From an uncultured Acidimicrobiales bacterium (GTDB taxonomy: Bacteria > Actinomycetota > Acidimicrobiia > Acidimicrobiales > SZUA-35), in the NCBI GenBank assembly GCA_937997485.1, contig CALKTH010000059.1, forward strand, positions 37,569 to 101,568: a stretch of 64,000 nucleotides of DNA, written 5' to 3'. Under the pieces are notes generated by a model. It was not told the DNA's origin. It did no database searches and saw nothing but the letters and a program-made list of their open reading frames with translations. A program made the translations under genes and the position numbers. Of the stretch, positions 16,217 through 26,088 are shown in pieces; position 1 is the stretch's first letter; every line of letters starts with the position of its first letter.

Positions 16217-17365
16217 ATGACCCAGTCTGCACTCCCTGCTGTTGCCATCACCGGAACGGGCCTCATGACCCCGTCTGAGTCGATCACCAATGCCGAACTG
16301 GTGACGTCGCTGACCGCGGCAACCGAGCGATGGAACCTCGAGCACGCCGATGCCATCGCGGCAGGCGACGTCGAAGCGCGCTCAGCGCCAGACGAGACCT
16401 TCATCTACAAGGCATCAGGCATCTCGTCTCGGTACGTCCTTGACAAGGCGGGCGTTCTCGACCCCGACCGGCTCAAGCCGCGCCTCGAGCTGCGCTCCGA
16501 AGATCAGCTGAGCATCCAGGCCGAGATGGCCCTCCCCGCGATCGAACAAGCGCTCGCACAGGCCGGACGCAGCGGCTCCGATGTCGATGCCGTCATCATG
16601 GGTTGCTCGAACGTCCAGCGGGCCTACCCAGCCGTGTCCATCGAGATACAAGACGCGCTCGGTGCTGCGGGTTGGGCCTATGACATGAACGTCGCCTGCT
16701 CCTCCGCCACGTTCTCGATTCAGGCCGGTGTCGATGCCCTTCGCAACGGATCGGCCAGCTGCGTGGTCGTCGTGAATCCAGAGATCACGTCGGCGCACAA
16801 CAACTTCGAGCTCCGAGACTTCCACTTCATCTTCGGCGATGCCTTCACAGCGCTCGTCTTGGAGCGCGAGGCCGACGCCTTGCCGGCAACCGCCGACACC
16901 CGGTGGACCGTGCTTGGCACAAGCCTTGCCACGCAGTTCTCGAACAACATCCGCAACGACGCTGGCTTCATCAACCGAGCAGAGGACGGCGAGCGGGATC
17001 CGCACGAGTTGATCTTCCGGCAGAACGGCAATCGAGTGTTCAAGGAGGTCTGTCCAATGGTGGCCACACACATCAAAGATCACTTGGAGCGAGCCGAGCT
17101 TCCCACCGACGACGTTCGCCGCTTCTGGCTACACCAGGCGAACCTGAAGATGAACCAGCTGATCGCCAAAGGTGTTCTCGGCCGAGTGCCAGAGGAGGAC
17201 GAGGCCCCCGTCACGCTCGATGAATACGCGAACACGAGCTCGGCGGGGTCGATCATCGCCTTCCACAAACACCGCGACGATCTCTCTGCCGGTGACCTCG
17301 GGGTGATCTGCTCCTTCGGTGCCGGCTACTCGGTGGGCAGCATCCTCGTCCGCAAGGCGGGATGA
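16217..17365 (+). CDS. Beta-ketoacyl-ACP synthase III-like (KAS III / thiolase-fold) enzyme
   Basis: The active-site context is NVACSSATFSIQAGVDALRNG. The C-terminus GAGYSVGSILVRK is typical of FabH-like proteins. I placed the start at the ATG at 16217. Confidence 0.75.
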   Translation: MTQSALPAVAITGTGLMTPSESITNAELVTSLTAATERWNLEHADAIAAGDVEARSAPDETFIYKASGISSRYVLDKAGVLDPDRLKPRLELRSEDQLSIQAEMALPAIEQALAQAGRSGSDVDAVIMGCSNVQRAYPAVSIEIQDALGAAGWAYDMNVACSSATFSIQAGVDALRNGSASCVVVVNPEITSAHNNFELRDFHFIFGDAFTALVLEREADALPATADTRWTVLGTSLATQFSNNIRNDAGFINRAEDGERDPHELIFRQNGNRVFKEVCPMVATHIKDHLERAELPTDDVRRFWLHQANLKMNQLIAKGVLGRVPEEDEAPVTLDEYANTSSAGSIIAFHKHRDDLSAGDLGVICSFGAGYSVGSILVRKAG

Positions 17366-18213
17366 GTGGCATGACCACGCTCTTGGAGGAACAGGACTTC
17401 CAGCACATCTCCATCAAACGCGAGGGGCGAGTGGTCTGGGCCACGATTGACGCGCCACCGGTGCACATCATGACCGTGGGGCTCTACGCCGATCTCCGCT
17501 CCCTCGCCAGTGCAACGCAAGCCGCCGCCGATGGAACGTCTGTGTTGGTGCTCCAAAGCGCTGACCCCGAGTTCTTCATCGCCCACTTCGACGTTGAAGT
17601 GCTTCTCGCCGCCTCGCCCGAGGGTCCCGTACAACGGCGCTCAGAGCTCAACGCCTTCCATCACATGTGTGAGCAGTTCCGAACCATGCCCGTGGTGACG
17701 ATCGCCAAGGTGGCGGGCCGAGTGGGCGGTGGTGGCGCCGAGCTGGCGGCATCGTTCGACATGCGCTTCGGGGCGCACGATGCAACCATCGTGAACCAGA
17801 TGGAGGTGCCATTGGGCATTCTCCCCGGCGGTACCGGGACGCAGCGGCTCCACCGCCTCGTCGGGCGAGGTCGGGCCATGGAGATCGTGTTGGGTGCCTC
17901 AGACCTCGACGCCCGCACCGCAGAAGCCTGGGGCTGGCTCAACCGCTCACTCCCCGCAGACGAGCTCGACGGTTTCGTTGATGAGCTAGCGCGACGTATT
18001 GGACGTTTCCCGCCTCACGCGGTCCGAGCTGCGAAGGCCTCCGTGCTGGCCGCCGGTCCAGATCCGATCGACGGTCTGCTCGAAGAGACGTACTTGTTCG
18101 ACCAGACCATGCGCGAGCCCGCAACCAAGGTGGCGATGCAACGATTCCTCGATGCGGGCGGGCAGACGCGAACCGGCGAACTCGACATGGAGCGGCTGAC
18201 CGGCGACATGTGA
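17362..18213 (+). CDS. Enoyl-CoA hydratase/isomerase (crotonase) family protein
   Basis: The crotonase pattern is present (FFIAHFDV..., VAGRVGGGGAELAASFDMRF). There is a 4-nt overlap with the KAS III-like gene. Confidence 0.8.
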   Translation: MSGMTTLLEEQDFQHISIKREGRVVWATIDAPPVHIMTVGLYADLRSLASATQAAADGTSVLVLQSADPEFFIAHFDVEVLLAASPEGPVQRRSELNAFHHMCEQFRTMPVVTIAKVAGRVGGGGAELAASFDMRFGAHDATIVNQMEVPLGILPGGTGTQRLHRLVGRGRAMEIVLGASDLDARTAEAWGWLNRSLPADELDGFVDELARRIGRFPPHAVRAAKASVLAAGPDPIDGLLEETYLFDQTMREPATKVAMQRFLDAGGQTRTGELDMERLTGDM

Positions 18214-18243
18214 ACGCGGCCCCGAGGTCCGGGTCGCAACGGC

Positions 18244-19539
18244 CTACAGGTCGAGCGAAAAGTGGGTGAGCAGCTCTGGCCCGCTCTCGGTCACCAGCAC
18301 TTGGTTCTCCAGCTTCACACCCTCTCCCCCAGCACGGCTGCCGACGAACGCCTCAACCGTCAGCACCATGTTGGGCTCGAGTACTCCCTCGTATCCGACT
18401 TGCTCCCAGTCTGTGGGGAAGAAGATGTCGGGGTACTCATCGCACTGCCCCACACCGTGGAAGAGACAGCAGTAGTGGCGGTACTCCGCGACCGGCGGGA
18501 ACCAGGCTTTGTACGAGAGATCGTCGAAGGTGGTCCCCGGGCGAAGCAGTTCGATGTTCCGTTCGAGCTGCTCGAGCGCGAGCGCGTGGACGTGAGCTTG
18601 CTTACCGGTGGGTGGGCCGTCGCCGACCCGCCAAGTGCGTGAGATGTCCACCATCATTCCGTAGGCGCCAACGAGGTCAGTGTCGTAGCCGAGCAAGTCG
18701 CCCGCTTCGATCACCCGGCTACTGGCCTCTTGCATCCACGGGTTCGTTCGCGGCCCGGAGGCGATGATCTGTGTTTCGATCCACTCGCCCGCCCGCCGAA
18801 TGTTGCCTTCGTGCAGCACGGCCCAGACTTCTCGCTCCGTGAGTCCCGGGCGGAGGGCTTCACGCATCTCGCCCATCGTGGTCTCACAAGCGTGGACGCT
18901 GCATCGCATCGCCTTGATTTCATCGGGACCCTTGATGTGGCGTGCTTGCTCCATGACTTCTTGACCGTTGCCCAGCGTGACGCCCCCATCGAGCAGGTTC
19001 TGGTACCCGAGCAGCTCGCACTGATCGATGGCGATGCGCGCCCCCTTGCCCGCGTGGGTGTGGATGACCTCGAGCATCTCGTCAGCCCACGCCTTCGCCC
19101 GCTCGGCGTAGCGGGGACCGGCGATGAAGTAGATCGACGAGATGGCCGGGCGAACCTCATCAACGGTCAGACTGCTTCCGGCGAGGAACTCGCACTCGAA
19201 GAAGTCCCACAGAATCGATGATCCGTCTGCACCGATCCATGCATAGCGCGTGGAGTTGTGGGCAACCCACAGCTGCATGTTGGTGGTGCCGGTGGCGTAC
19301 CGAATGTTGAGGGGGTCCTTGAGGATGATCCCGTCGTAACCCAAGCGTTGGAGCTCACCCTGGATACGGGAGAAGCGGTACCGCTGCATCTCAGCTATGT
19401 CTGGAATGTCGAGCCCATCGGCCCGCCACTCGTCTTCGAGTGCCACGCCTGGCCCCATGTTCAGGTGGTGGCCCTCACCGGCTGCCCGGAGCACTTCCGG
19501 AGTTGCGTCGGCCAAACTTGCTGCAATCTTTCCGACCAT
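18244..19539 (-). CDS. M24-family metallopeptidase-fold protein (creatinase/prolidase-like; DoeA/DddP-like size)
   Basis: The creatinase-like N-terminal region is followed by a pita-bread fold pattern (GYDTDLVGAYGMMVDISRTW...HGVGQCDEYP...VEAF). Confidence 0.7.
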   Translation of the reverse strand: MVGKIAASLADATPEVLRAAGEGHHLNMGPGVALEDEWRADGLDIPDIAEMQRYRFSRIQGELQRLGYDGIILKDPLNIRYATGTTNMQLWVAHNSTRYAWIGADGSSILWDFFECEFLAGSSLTVDEVRPAISSIYFIAGPRYAERAKAWADEMLEVIHTHAGKGARIAIDQCELLGYQNLLDGGVTLGNGQEVMEQARHIKGPDEIKAMRCSVHACETTMGEMREALRPGLTEREVWAVLHEGNIRRAGEWIETQIIASGPRTNPWMQEASSRVIEAGDLLGYDTDLVGAYGMMVDISRTWRVGDGPPTGKQAHVHALALEQLERNIELLRPGTTFDDLSYKAWFPPVAEYRHYCCLFHGVGQCDEYPDIFFPTDWEQVGYEGVLEPNMVLTVEAFVGSRAGGEGVKLENQVLVTESGPELLTHFSLDL

Positions 19540-19637
19540 TCACGGAAGCTAGCGCGGAGGCCCAAAAACGGAGAAGAGGCGTATCGGTGGGCGAGACGCC
19601 GCACCGACACACCCCTTGTGACCGGAGAAAACTGAGC

Positions 19638-20003
19638 TCAGGCGGTGGCACCGGCCTCAACCTGGGCCCGGACCTCGTCCATGTCGAGGGCCCGTACCTG
19701 AGTGATGAGGTCTTCGAGCGCGTCGGCCGGAAGGGCGCCCGGCTCGGAGAAGAGCTGGATGCCGTCACGGAAGATCATGAGCGTGGGAATGGAGCGAATG
19801 TTCAAGCTCCCAGCCAGCTGCTGCTGATCTTCAGTGTCGATCTTGGCGAAGACGATGTCCTCATGCTTGTCGGCCGCGGCCTCGAAGATGGGTGCGAACG
19901 AGCGACAGGGACCGCACCAGGCGGCCCAGAAATCCAGGAAGACGATGCCGTCTTGGCTGATGGTGTCCTCGAACTTCTCGATGGTCAGATTGATAGTGCT
20001 CAC
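19638..20003 (-). CDS. trxA: Thioredoxin
   Basis: FWAAWCGPCRSFAPIFE motif, 121 aa. Confidence 0.9.
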   Translation of the reverse strand: MSTINLTIEKFEDTISQDGIVFLDFWAAWCGPCRSFAPIFEAAADKHEDIVFAKIDTEDQQQLAGSLNIRSIPTLMIFRDGIQLFSEPGALPADALEDLITQVRALDMDEVRAQVEAGATA

Positions 20004-20088
20004 GGCGATTTTCCTTTGTCGCCCACCCGTGTAGGCGTTGCCATCAAGAACCAGCGACTCCCGCTCAGCATTCCCTCACCTTCGTGAG

Positions 20089-21633
20089 TCAGCCTCCGTC
20101 AACCGACCAGTGCCAAGGCTCAGATGGAAGATTGATGAAGCCGTAGTCGGCCGCGAACTCTTGCATCCAAGCAAAGCCCGTCGAAGCCCGAGTCAACACC
20201 GAGCCGTTCTGCGTGAAGTCGACGGCCACGCCGAACTCGTGCCGGGAGCTTCCCGGCTTTGCCGTTGGAGGGCTGCAGCTGCTGGCGAGGGACTCCCAGA
20301 CGTCGGCACAGTGGGAGGCCCGCAGGACGATCTGCTGTTCGTGAGAGCGGAAGCCCCAGCCGCTCAGCGCGATGCCGTCCGCCTCAGCTGCCAGGAGCAG
20401 GGCGTGCAGCTGAGGAGCAACGTGTGCCTCCACCGTGATGCCCCGCACTCGCCAAAGTTCGAGTGTGGCCCCGCCATGGGCGAGCGCCGGGCCGAGATAC
20501 CGGACCTCGTCCGACTCGATGAGTGCGAGGTCGGTGAGCGCTGCGGTCCCGGCGGATGGTGCAACCAGGTCGGTGGCGAGACGTACAACCAGCGGACCGT
20601 GCCCCGCACCGATCTCCAAAGCGATCGTCGGATCGGGCGCTCCCAACCGATCGAGCGCCACCGCTGCGCCCGACGGTCCGTCCATCGCCACGGCAAGCGT
20701 GTCCACACCGTCACCGTCCCAGTCGCCGGCCAGAACGGTGCCCTCGGCAGAAAGGGTGAAGCGGTGGCCGTAGGGACGGCCCTCGGAGTCAACGAAGCTG
20801 GCTGTCCGCTCAGATCCGTTGTTGGTCAGTGTGGCGATGGTGTCCTCACCATCGCCGTTCCAATCACCGACCAACGTTTTCTCGACCGCAGCGACGACGT
20901 TATTGGACGCCGACCCCTCAGCTGGGCTGCCTTCACGCTGGATCGCGGCGGGCAGTGGCGGCCGGCGACCGATCACCTCTTCCACGCGGGAGACGCGTCG
21001 ATCCGGTGCGACCGGAACGACCGCCTCGGATCGGCGAAGCACGTCATCGGTGAAGACGCTGCCGCCGAAGTAGCGGTCAAGGGCGTCTCGCGGCGTGGTC
21101 GCTACACCGGCGTCGCAGAGCAATGCCGCAGCGGCAGTCGCCGCGTCCCATGCGTTCTGGGCATCGGCTACGCCATCGCCGTTGCCGTCGCGGGCCCACT
21201 TGTCCCACGTCGTCGGGAGGAACTGAAACGGGCCGACCGCGTGATCGAACGCAGCATTGCCGTCGAGCTCACCCCCGTCGGTGTCTTCCACGCGGTCGAG
21301 CCCGGGGCTGCCATTCAGCTCCGGTCCGACAATGGCGGGAACGGCTTGCCCATCGTTACCGATCGCCGACGCACCGCCCACTCGGCCGTGGTCTGACGCG
21401 AACGCGGCGACGCCGGACAGGATCGTCCACGGCACCTGGCAGTCGCTCGTCGAGCTAGCCCAGCGGTAGATCTCTTCCGCGAATACCAATGCTTCGTCGG
21501 GCACTGCGAGCGCCTCGGTGTCGGTTGCAGCCGCCGGAGCAGACGACCCGGCAAGCGTGATCACCGCAAGGCTGGCGCCTGCCATGACGCGCATCGCACG
21601 GCTGCATCGCCCGTGAACTCGTCTCCGCTCCAT
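20089..21633 (-). CDS. Secreted multidomain peptidoglycan hydrolase: lytic transglycosylase-like N-domain, FG-GAP/VCBS-type repeats, C-terminal VanY/M15 D-Ala-D-Ala carboxypeptidase-like domain
   Basis: GPFQFLPTTWDKWARDGNGDGVADAQNAWDA is an SLT_2-like motif. GDWNGDGEDT and GDWDGDGVDT are repeats. SSRHEFGVAVDF...PWHWS is M15-like. I placed the start at the ATG at 21633, giving a signal-like N-terminus MERRRVHGRCSRAMRVMAGASLAVITLAG. Confidence 0.7.
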   Translation of the reverse strand: MERRRVHGRCSRAMRVMAGASLAVITLAGSSAPAAATDTEALAVPDEALVFAEEIYRWASSTSDCQVPWTILSGVAAFASDHGRVGGASAIGNDGQAVPAIVGPELNGSPGLDRVEDTDGGELDGNAAFDHAVGPFQFLPTTWDKWARDGNGDGVADAQNAWDAATAAAALLCDAGVATTPRDALDRYFGGSVFTDDVLRRSEAVVPVAPDRRVSRVEEVIGRRPPLPAAIQREGSPAEGSASNNVVAAVEKTLVGDWNGDGEDTIATLTNNGSERTASFVDSEGRPYGHRFTLSAEGTVLAGDWDGDGVDTLAVAMDGPSGAAVALDRLGAPDPTIALEIGAGHGPLVVRLATDLVAPSAGTAALTDLALIESDEVRYLGPALAHGGATLELWRVRGITVEAHVAPQLHALLLAAEADGIALSGWGFRSHEQQIVLRASHCADVWESLASSCSPPTAKPGSSRHEFGVAVDFTQNGSVLTRASTGFAWMQEFAADYGFINLPSEPWHWSVDGG

Positions 21634-21911
21634 GCCACACCCAGCGTTCTGCGAACCACGGAAGTGGATCGCCCCTTGCATCGAGGCGCAGGAAACGCCT
21701 CGACACACCGAACGTACCGATGGCTGCTTCCGCGCTCCATGGGGAATCCTGCGGCCTCGAATGAGCCCTTCGGGTGGCACTGCGACCACGCTGGGTGATG
21801 GTTGACCACATGTTCTCGGGATCGGTCGACAAGCGTCACGAACCTGGCATATGGTCCGTGCCGCCATGGGTCGAATGACCCACTGACCCGAGAGCCAGAT
21901 CGGGAGAACAG

Positions 21912-23159
21912 ATGCCCTCCGCTTCCTCCACCCAGTCCAGCGTTTCCACGCGGGAAAAGACCGTCACCTATTGGATCGACGAGCGCAACGGCAAGTTCCC
22001 ATTGCCGTGGTGGAAGATGCTCCCGCTTGCCCTCCTCGCTCTTCTCGCCGTCGTCGGCATCAGCACGCTGTGGGCGGTTCCGCACATCGAAGGAATGGTG
22101 GAGGACGACGCACGAGCTCGCATTGCTGCGCTCGGCGGGGATCCGGGCGACTACAACTACGACGCCACCTACCGCAACATCGACATCGCTGGACCGTCGA
22201 TTGACGGTGTCAGCGCGGCGGACTTCGAGGCAGCTCTGGAAGGGGACGACTCAGTTCGCAGTGCTTCGCTTGCGCTCACAGCGCCCGTGGCCCCTGAACC
22301 CGCCGAAGAAGAGCCCGCTGTGGAAGAAGAAGTCGCCGAGGAAGCACCAGTCGAAGATCCCGAGCCAGAGGTTGCGCTGGGTTCCACAAACGTCACGGCC
22401 ACGATCGACGCTGACGGCATGGTCGTGCTCGAGGGTGAGGTACTGAACGAGGCCCAACGCAGCCAGCTCGTCAATCTGGCGATCGCGCGCTTCGGCGAAG
22501 GAAACGTGACCGACAACCTGACGGTCTCGGACCTCGGTGCACTCGAGCCTGGAGCCAGCGGCCGAGTCACCGCACTTGGATCACTCATTTTCAGCCTGCC
22601 AGAGGGCAGCAATGGCGTGGCCACGCTCACCGACACCTCGCTCGACTTTGCTGGGAACGTTGCCGACGAGGCAGCCAAGAACGGTCTCGAAGGCACGCTC
22701 AACGGCTTCGGCAGCGTCGATACCAGCTCCACCCTCACGATCGATGCAACGATCATCGAAGGCGAGATCGACACGCTGCAGGAAGAGTTCGACGAGCTGG
22801 AGGCTGAAATCCGTGAGAACGTCACCTTCGCCACCGGTTCAGACGTGCTCAACCCCACGGCGACCGAGACGCTCGACAAGGCCGTGGCACTGATGAACAA
22901 GTATTCGCTCCCCGTCGTGGACATCTCCGGCCACACCGATGACCAGGGCGGAGCGGCCGCCAACGAAGCGCTCAGCGGGGCACGAGCCGCCGCCGTGGCG
23001 CAGTATCTGATCGATGCGGGCATCAGCGAGGACCGCATTCAGTCACGTGGACTCGGTGAGTCCGTTCCCATCGCCGACAACGGCACCGAGGAAGGACGCC
23101 AGGAGAACCGACGAGTGGAACTCGTCGCCCTTGCTTCCTTCGCCGATCTCGACAACTGA
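21912..23159 (+). CDS. OmpA-family (peptidoglycan-binding C-terminal domain) membrane protein
   Basis: The C-terminus reads [10 protein letters not shown]...[34 protein letters not shown]...NRRVELV. There is an N-terminal TM helix. Confidence 0.85.
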   Translation: MPSASSTQSSVSTREKTVTYWIDERNGKFPLPWWKMLPLALLALLAVVGISTLWAVPHIEGMVEDDARARIAALGGDPGDYNYDATYRNIDIAGPSIDGVSAADFEAALEGDDSVRSASLALTAPVAPEPAEEEPAVEEEVAEEAPVEDPEPEVALGSTNVTATIDADGMVVLEGEVLNEAQRSQLVNLAIARFGEGNVTDNLTVSDLGALEPGASGRVTALGSLIFSLPEGSNGVATLTDTSLDFAGNVADEAAKNGLEGTLNGFGSVDTSSTLTIDATIIEGEIDTLQEEFDELEAEIRENVTFATGSDVLNPTATETLDKAVALMNKYSLPVVDISGHTDDQGGAAANEALSGARAAAVAQYLIDAGISEDRIQSRGLGESVPIADNGTEEGRQENRRVELVALASFADLDN

Positions 23160-23220
23160 TCTGTCCGCTCGTTCCCTCCTCTCACACGTTCCCGCCACCA
23201 ACCAACCCAAAGGATTGTTC

Positions 23221-24564
23221 ATGCTCTGGGCACTTCCAGAAATCGTCCTTCCCCTCATCATTGCGTTTCTGATCGGCTTGCTGATCGGTTGGCTGTGGTG
23301 GGGCTGGCGCCGCACCAAGATCTCCTACACGGAGTGGGAGACCATGCGCCAAAAGTCCAACCGTGCATCCTCGGTCGACACCGATGCCGAGCTTCAGGGC
23401 CTGCGCTCCGATCTCGACTCGCATCAGAGTGACCTCGATGCGCTTCGAGCAGAGCGAGACGAGCTCCAGGCCTCCCTCGATGAATGCAACCGCCGCCACG
23501 AGGCAGGTGCTGACGCGGGCAGCCCGGATGGAGACAGCGAAGCTGGTCTTGGTGGAGGTGTGCTTGCGGGAGCCGCCGCTGCAGGGGCGGCCGGTGCCGC
23601 TGACGGTGATGGCGGCGATCATGAGGTGCAGGGTCTCGTCGCCACCACCGATGGTGACGCGGAGGCTGATGCGGACGGAGATGGCGCAAGCCGAGCCGTG
23701 GTCGGCGGTGTGGTGCATCCCTATGGCGATGGATCACACGCTCCGTGGGAAGACGACAAGCGGGAGCAGCCCGAGGGCTACCCGATCAAGGGCAACGTCG
23801 ACTCCATGCTCTACCACCGGCCCGACAGCCGGAACTACGGCGCCACCGGCGCTGAAGTCTGGTTCGACACCGCCGACTCCGCCGAGACCGCTGGCTTCGC
23901 CCTCTCGCCCACGCATCCCAAGAGCGATGCCGACGATGCAGGACCGGCCGCAGATGCCGTCGACACCGAGGCGGGCGCTGATGCCGGTCTCCGGGCGGTC
24001 ACTGGCAAGCGGCACCCGTACGGCGCCGGTTCGCACGCACCGTTCGCTGAGGCGAAGCGAGATCAGCCAGACGGCTACCCGATCAAGGGCAACGTCGACT
24101 CCATGCTCTACCACCGGCCAGACAGCCGGAACTACGGCGCCACCGGCGCTGAAGTCTGGTTCGACACCCCCGACTCCGCCGAGACCGCTGGCTTCTCGTT
24201 GTCACCGAGCCACCCCTCGACGGACCTTCCAGACGGCATGACGTTCGCCGCTGCCCCGACCCCGAGCGCCCAGGCCCTCGCCGACGACGGCACGAACGAC
24301 ACGCCAGAGGGTGCCGATTCGGCCGACAGCGACGAGTTCGCTGGCGAACAGCACCCCTACGGCGAGGGCTCGCATGCTCCGTACGCCAACGAGCCGCGCC
24401 GGATGCCAGAGGGCTACACGATCAAGGGCAACGTGGACTCGATGCTCTACCACCGTGAAGACTCTCGGAACTACGGGGCGACCATCGCCGAGGTGTGGTT
24501 CGACACGGCCGAGCGGGCAGAGGCAGCAGGCTTCGCCCTCTCGCCGACCCATCCCAAGAGCTGA
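23221..24564 (+). CDS. Membrane-anchored protein: N-terminal TM helix, coiled-coil, three copies of a ~70-aa HPYGxGSHAP...[24 protein letters not shown].AEVWFDT...AE.AGF module
   Basis: I placed the start at the ATG at 23221 ([29 protein letters not shown]). The three repeats are read directly from the translation. The module resembles the short IKGN...YH.P...Y...WF.T..EA..AGF domain seen at termini of other bacterial proteins; I am not certain of its name. Confidence 0.7.
   Translation: MLWALPEIVLPLIIAFLIGLLIGWLWWGWRRTKISYTEWETMRQKSNRASSVDTDAELQGLRSDLDSHQSDLDALRAERDELQASLDECNRRHEAGADAGSPDGDSEAGLGGGVLAGAAAAGAAGAADGDGGDHEVQGLVATTDGDAEADADGDGASRAVVGGVVHPYGDGSHAPWEDDKREQPEGYPIKGNVDSMLYHRPDSRNYGATGAEVWFDTADSAETAGFALSPTHPKSDADDAGPAADAVDTEAGADAGLRAVTGKRHPYGAGSHAPFAEAKRDQPDGYPIKGNVDSMLYHRPDSRNYGATGAEVWFDTPDSAETAGFSLSPSHPSTDLPDGMTFAAAPTPSAQALADDGTNDTPEGADSADSDEFAGEQHPYGEGSHAPYANEPRRMPEGYTIKGNVDSMLYHREDSRNYGATIAEVWFDTAERAEAAGFALSPTHPKS
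23716..24561 (+). repeat. Three intragenic repeats (starts 23716, 24013, 24352); cores 23776..23898 and 24073..24195 differ at 2 of 123 nt
   Basis: Direct nucleotide comparison of the two cores. The third copy is clearly more diverged. Confidence 0.9.
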
Positions 24565-24615
24565 CACTGAACGTTCCCGGTGATGGCCATCCGGCTCTCA
24601 TCTTCAACGCACGCT

Positions 24616-24647
24616 GATCAGGGGGACCCGAAAGGGTCCCCCTGATC
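24616..24647 (+). terminator. Strong hairpin after the repeat-protein gene
   Basis: GATCAGGGGGACCC gaaa GGGTCCCCCTGATC is a 14-bp stem with a GAAA loop. A second hairpin, CCCCCAGA ggtt TCTGGGGG, lies at 24673..24692. Confidence 0.6.
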
Positions 24648-24726
24648 GCGTCTCAGACCGGGTGTTGGGGAACCCCCAGAGGTTTCTGGGGGCATCCCCC
24701 AGCAGACGGCCATCCGCATCAATGGC

Positions 24727-26088
24727 TTGATGGTGGACATGTCCTCCACGGCTCACTCCCCCACCTCCACTCGGACGGCGACTCGCACGAGCAGTGCCAG
24801 CGCCCCCGGCCCGTCATCCCAGACCTCACTCGCAGATCTGGCCTCGGCGACCAAGTCGGATCGCAACCGAGCGGTCGACTTCTATCGGGCGATGGCCATG
24901 CTGGCCGTCGCCTACGGGCATTGGGCCGCCATTCATATCGCACAGGACAGCTCCGGCGCACTGATCGCTGGCAACGCACTCGAGTTTGCACCGTCGATGT
25001 CGTGGATCACCTGGATCTTCCAGGTGATGCCCCTGTTCTTCGTCGTCGGTGGCTTCTCTTCTGCCATCTCCCTCGACAGCCACAACCGAGCGGGCGGACG
25101 CCCCCAGGATTGGGTTGCTGCTCGGCTGCGTCGCATGCTTGCGCCAACGATTGTTCTCGCCTCGACGTGGCTCGGCATCATGGCGTTGGGTCAGCTCGCC
25201 GGCGTCGGGAACTTGGCTTTCCAGGGCGCGATTGCGGCGGCGATTCCGCTGTGGTTCCTGGCCAACTACACCATCGATACGGCCATCGCCCCCACCGTGC
25301 TTCCGTTCTTTCGGCGACATCCGGCGCTCGTCGCTATCGGCGGAAGCTTCACCTTCGTGGGCTTCGAAGTCGTTCGCTTCATGGGGCACCACACGATCGC
25401 TCAGATCAACTGGGTCCTCGGTTGGCTGCTCTTCCAGATCGCTGGATTCGCCTGGCGCGACGGGCTGCTCCCCGCCGGTCGTCGCATGATTGCCCTCGCT
25501 GGCGGGTTCTGGGCAGCCGCTCTGGTCGCTGTCTTCGGTCCCTACCCCGTGTCGATGGTCCACTTCCCCGGCCTGGAGAACTCGCCCACGCATCCGCCGT
25601 CGATTGCCCTGATGCTGTTCGGCGCTGCGTACAGCGCCACGGCCATCGCTGCGGCTCCGGCGATCTCGGCGTGGCTGGCTCGCAGCCCCCGAGCCTGGGC
25701 CGCCACGATCGCAGCGAATGCCAGTTCACTCACCGTGTATCTCTGGCACTTCAGCGCAGCCGTCGCCGCTGCAGCCGTCTTCTACGCCTTCGGCTGGTTG
25801 CCAACGGCGGAGGTCAACACTCTCGCTTGGTGGCTCCAGAAGTTGCCCCTCATCGGCCTCAGCACCGTCTTCCTCGCTGGCATCGTCGCCGCTCTCGGAC
25901 GATTCGAACGCAAAGCCCTGCTGGCACCTCGTGTTCCATGGCGAGGAAGCCATGCCTCGATCATCGGTGTGGCGCTGATCGTGTCCACTGCGGTCAAGCT
26001 GTGGACCTTCGGACATCCGATCGCCGTGGTTGCCGGTGCAGGAGCACTCGTTCTGGTCTGGTTCAGTGCACTAGCGTCCCGGAAGTGA
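24727..26088 (+). CDS. Acyltransferase family 3 integral membrane protein
   Basis: NRAVDFYRAMAMLAVAYGHW and about 10 predicted TM segments. Start is at TTG 24727 or ATG 24730. Confidence 0.8.
   Translation: MMVDMSSTAHSPTSTRTATRTSSASAPGPSSQTSLADLASATKSDRNRAVDFYRAMAMLAVAYGHWAAIHIAQDSSGALIAGNALEFAPSMSWITWIFQVMPLFFVVGGFSSAISLDSHNRAGGRPQDWVAARLRRMLAPTIVLASTWLGIMALGQLAGVGNLAFQGAIAAAIPLWFLANYTIDTAIAPTVLPFFRRHPALVAIGGSFTFVGFEVVRFMGHHTIAQINWVLGWLLFQIAGFAWRDGLLPAGRRMIALAGGFWAAALVAVFGPYPVSMVHFPGLENSPTHPPSIALMLFGAAYSATAIAAAPAISAWLARSPRAWAATIAANASSLTVYLWHFSAAVAAAAVFYAFGWLPTAEVNTLAWWLQKLPLIGLSTVFLAGIVAALGRFERKALLAPRVPWRGSHASIIGVALIVSTAVKLWTFGHPIAVVAGAGALVLVWFSALASRK

Noticed and set aside
21634-21911. Possible c-di-AMP (ydaO-type) riboswitch in the 278-bp divergent region between the peptidoglycan hydrolase and the OmpA-like gene.
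   Set aside because: Fragments such as GGGGAAUCC and ACCCGAGAGCC occur on the plus strand. I could not assemble the pseudo-symmetric consensus or its pairing scheme by eye. It needs an Infernal scan and is not called.
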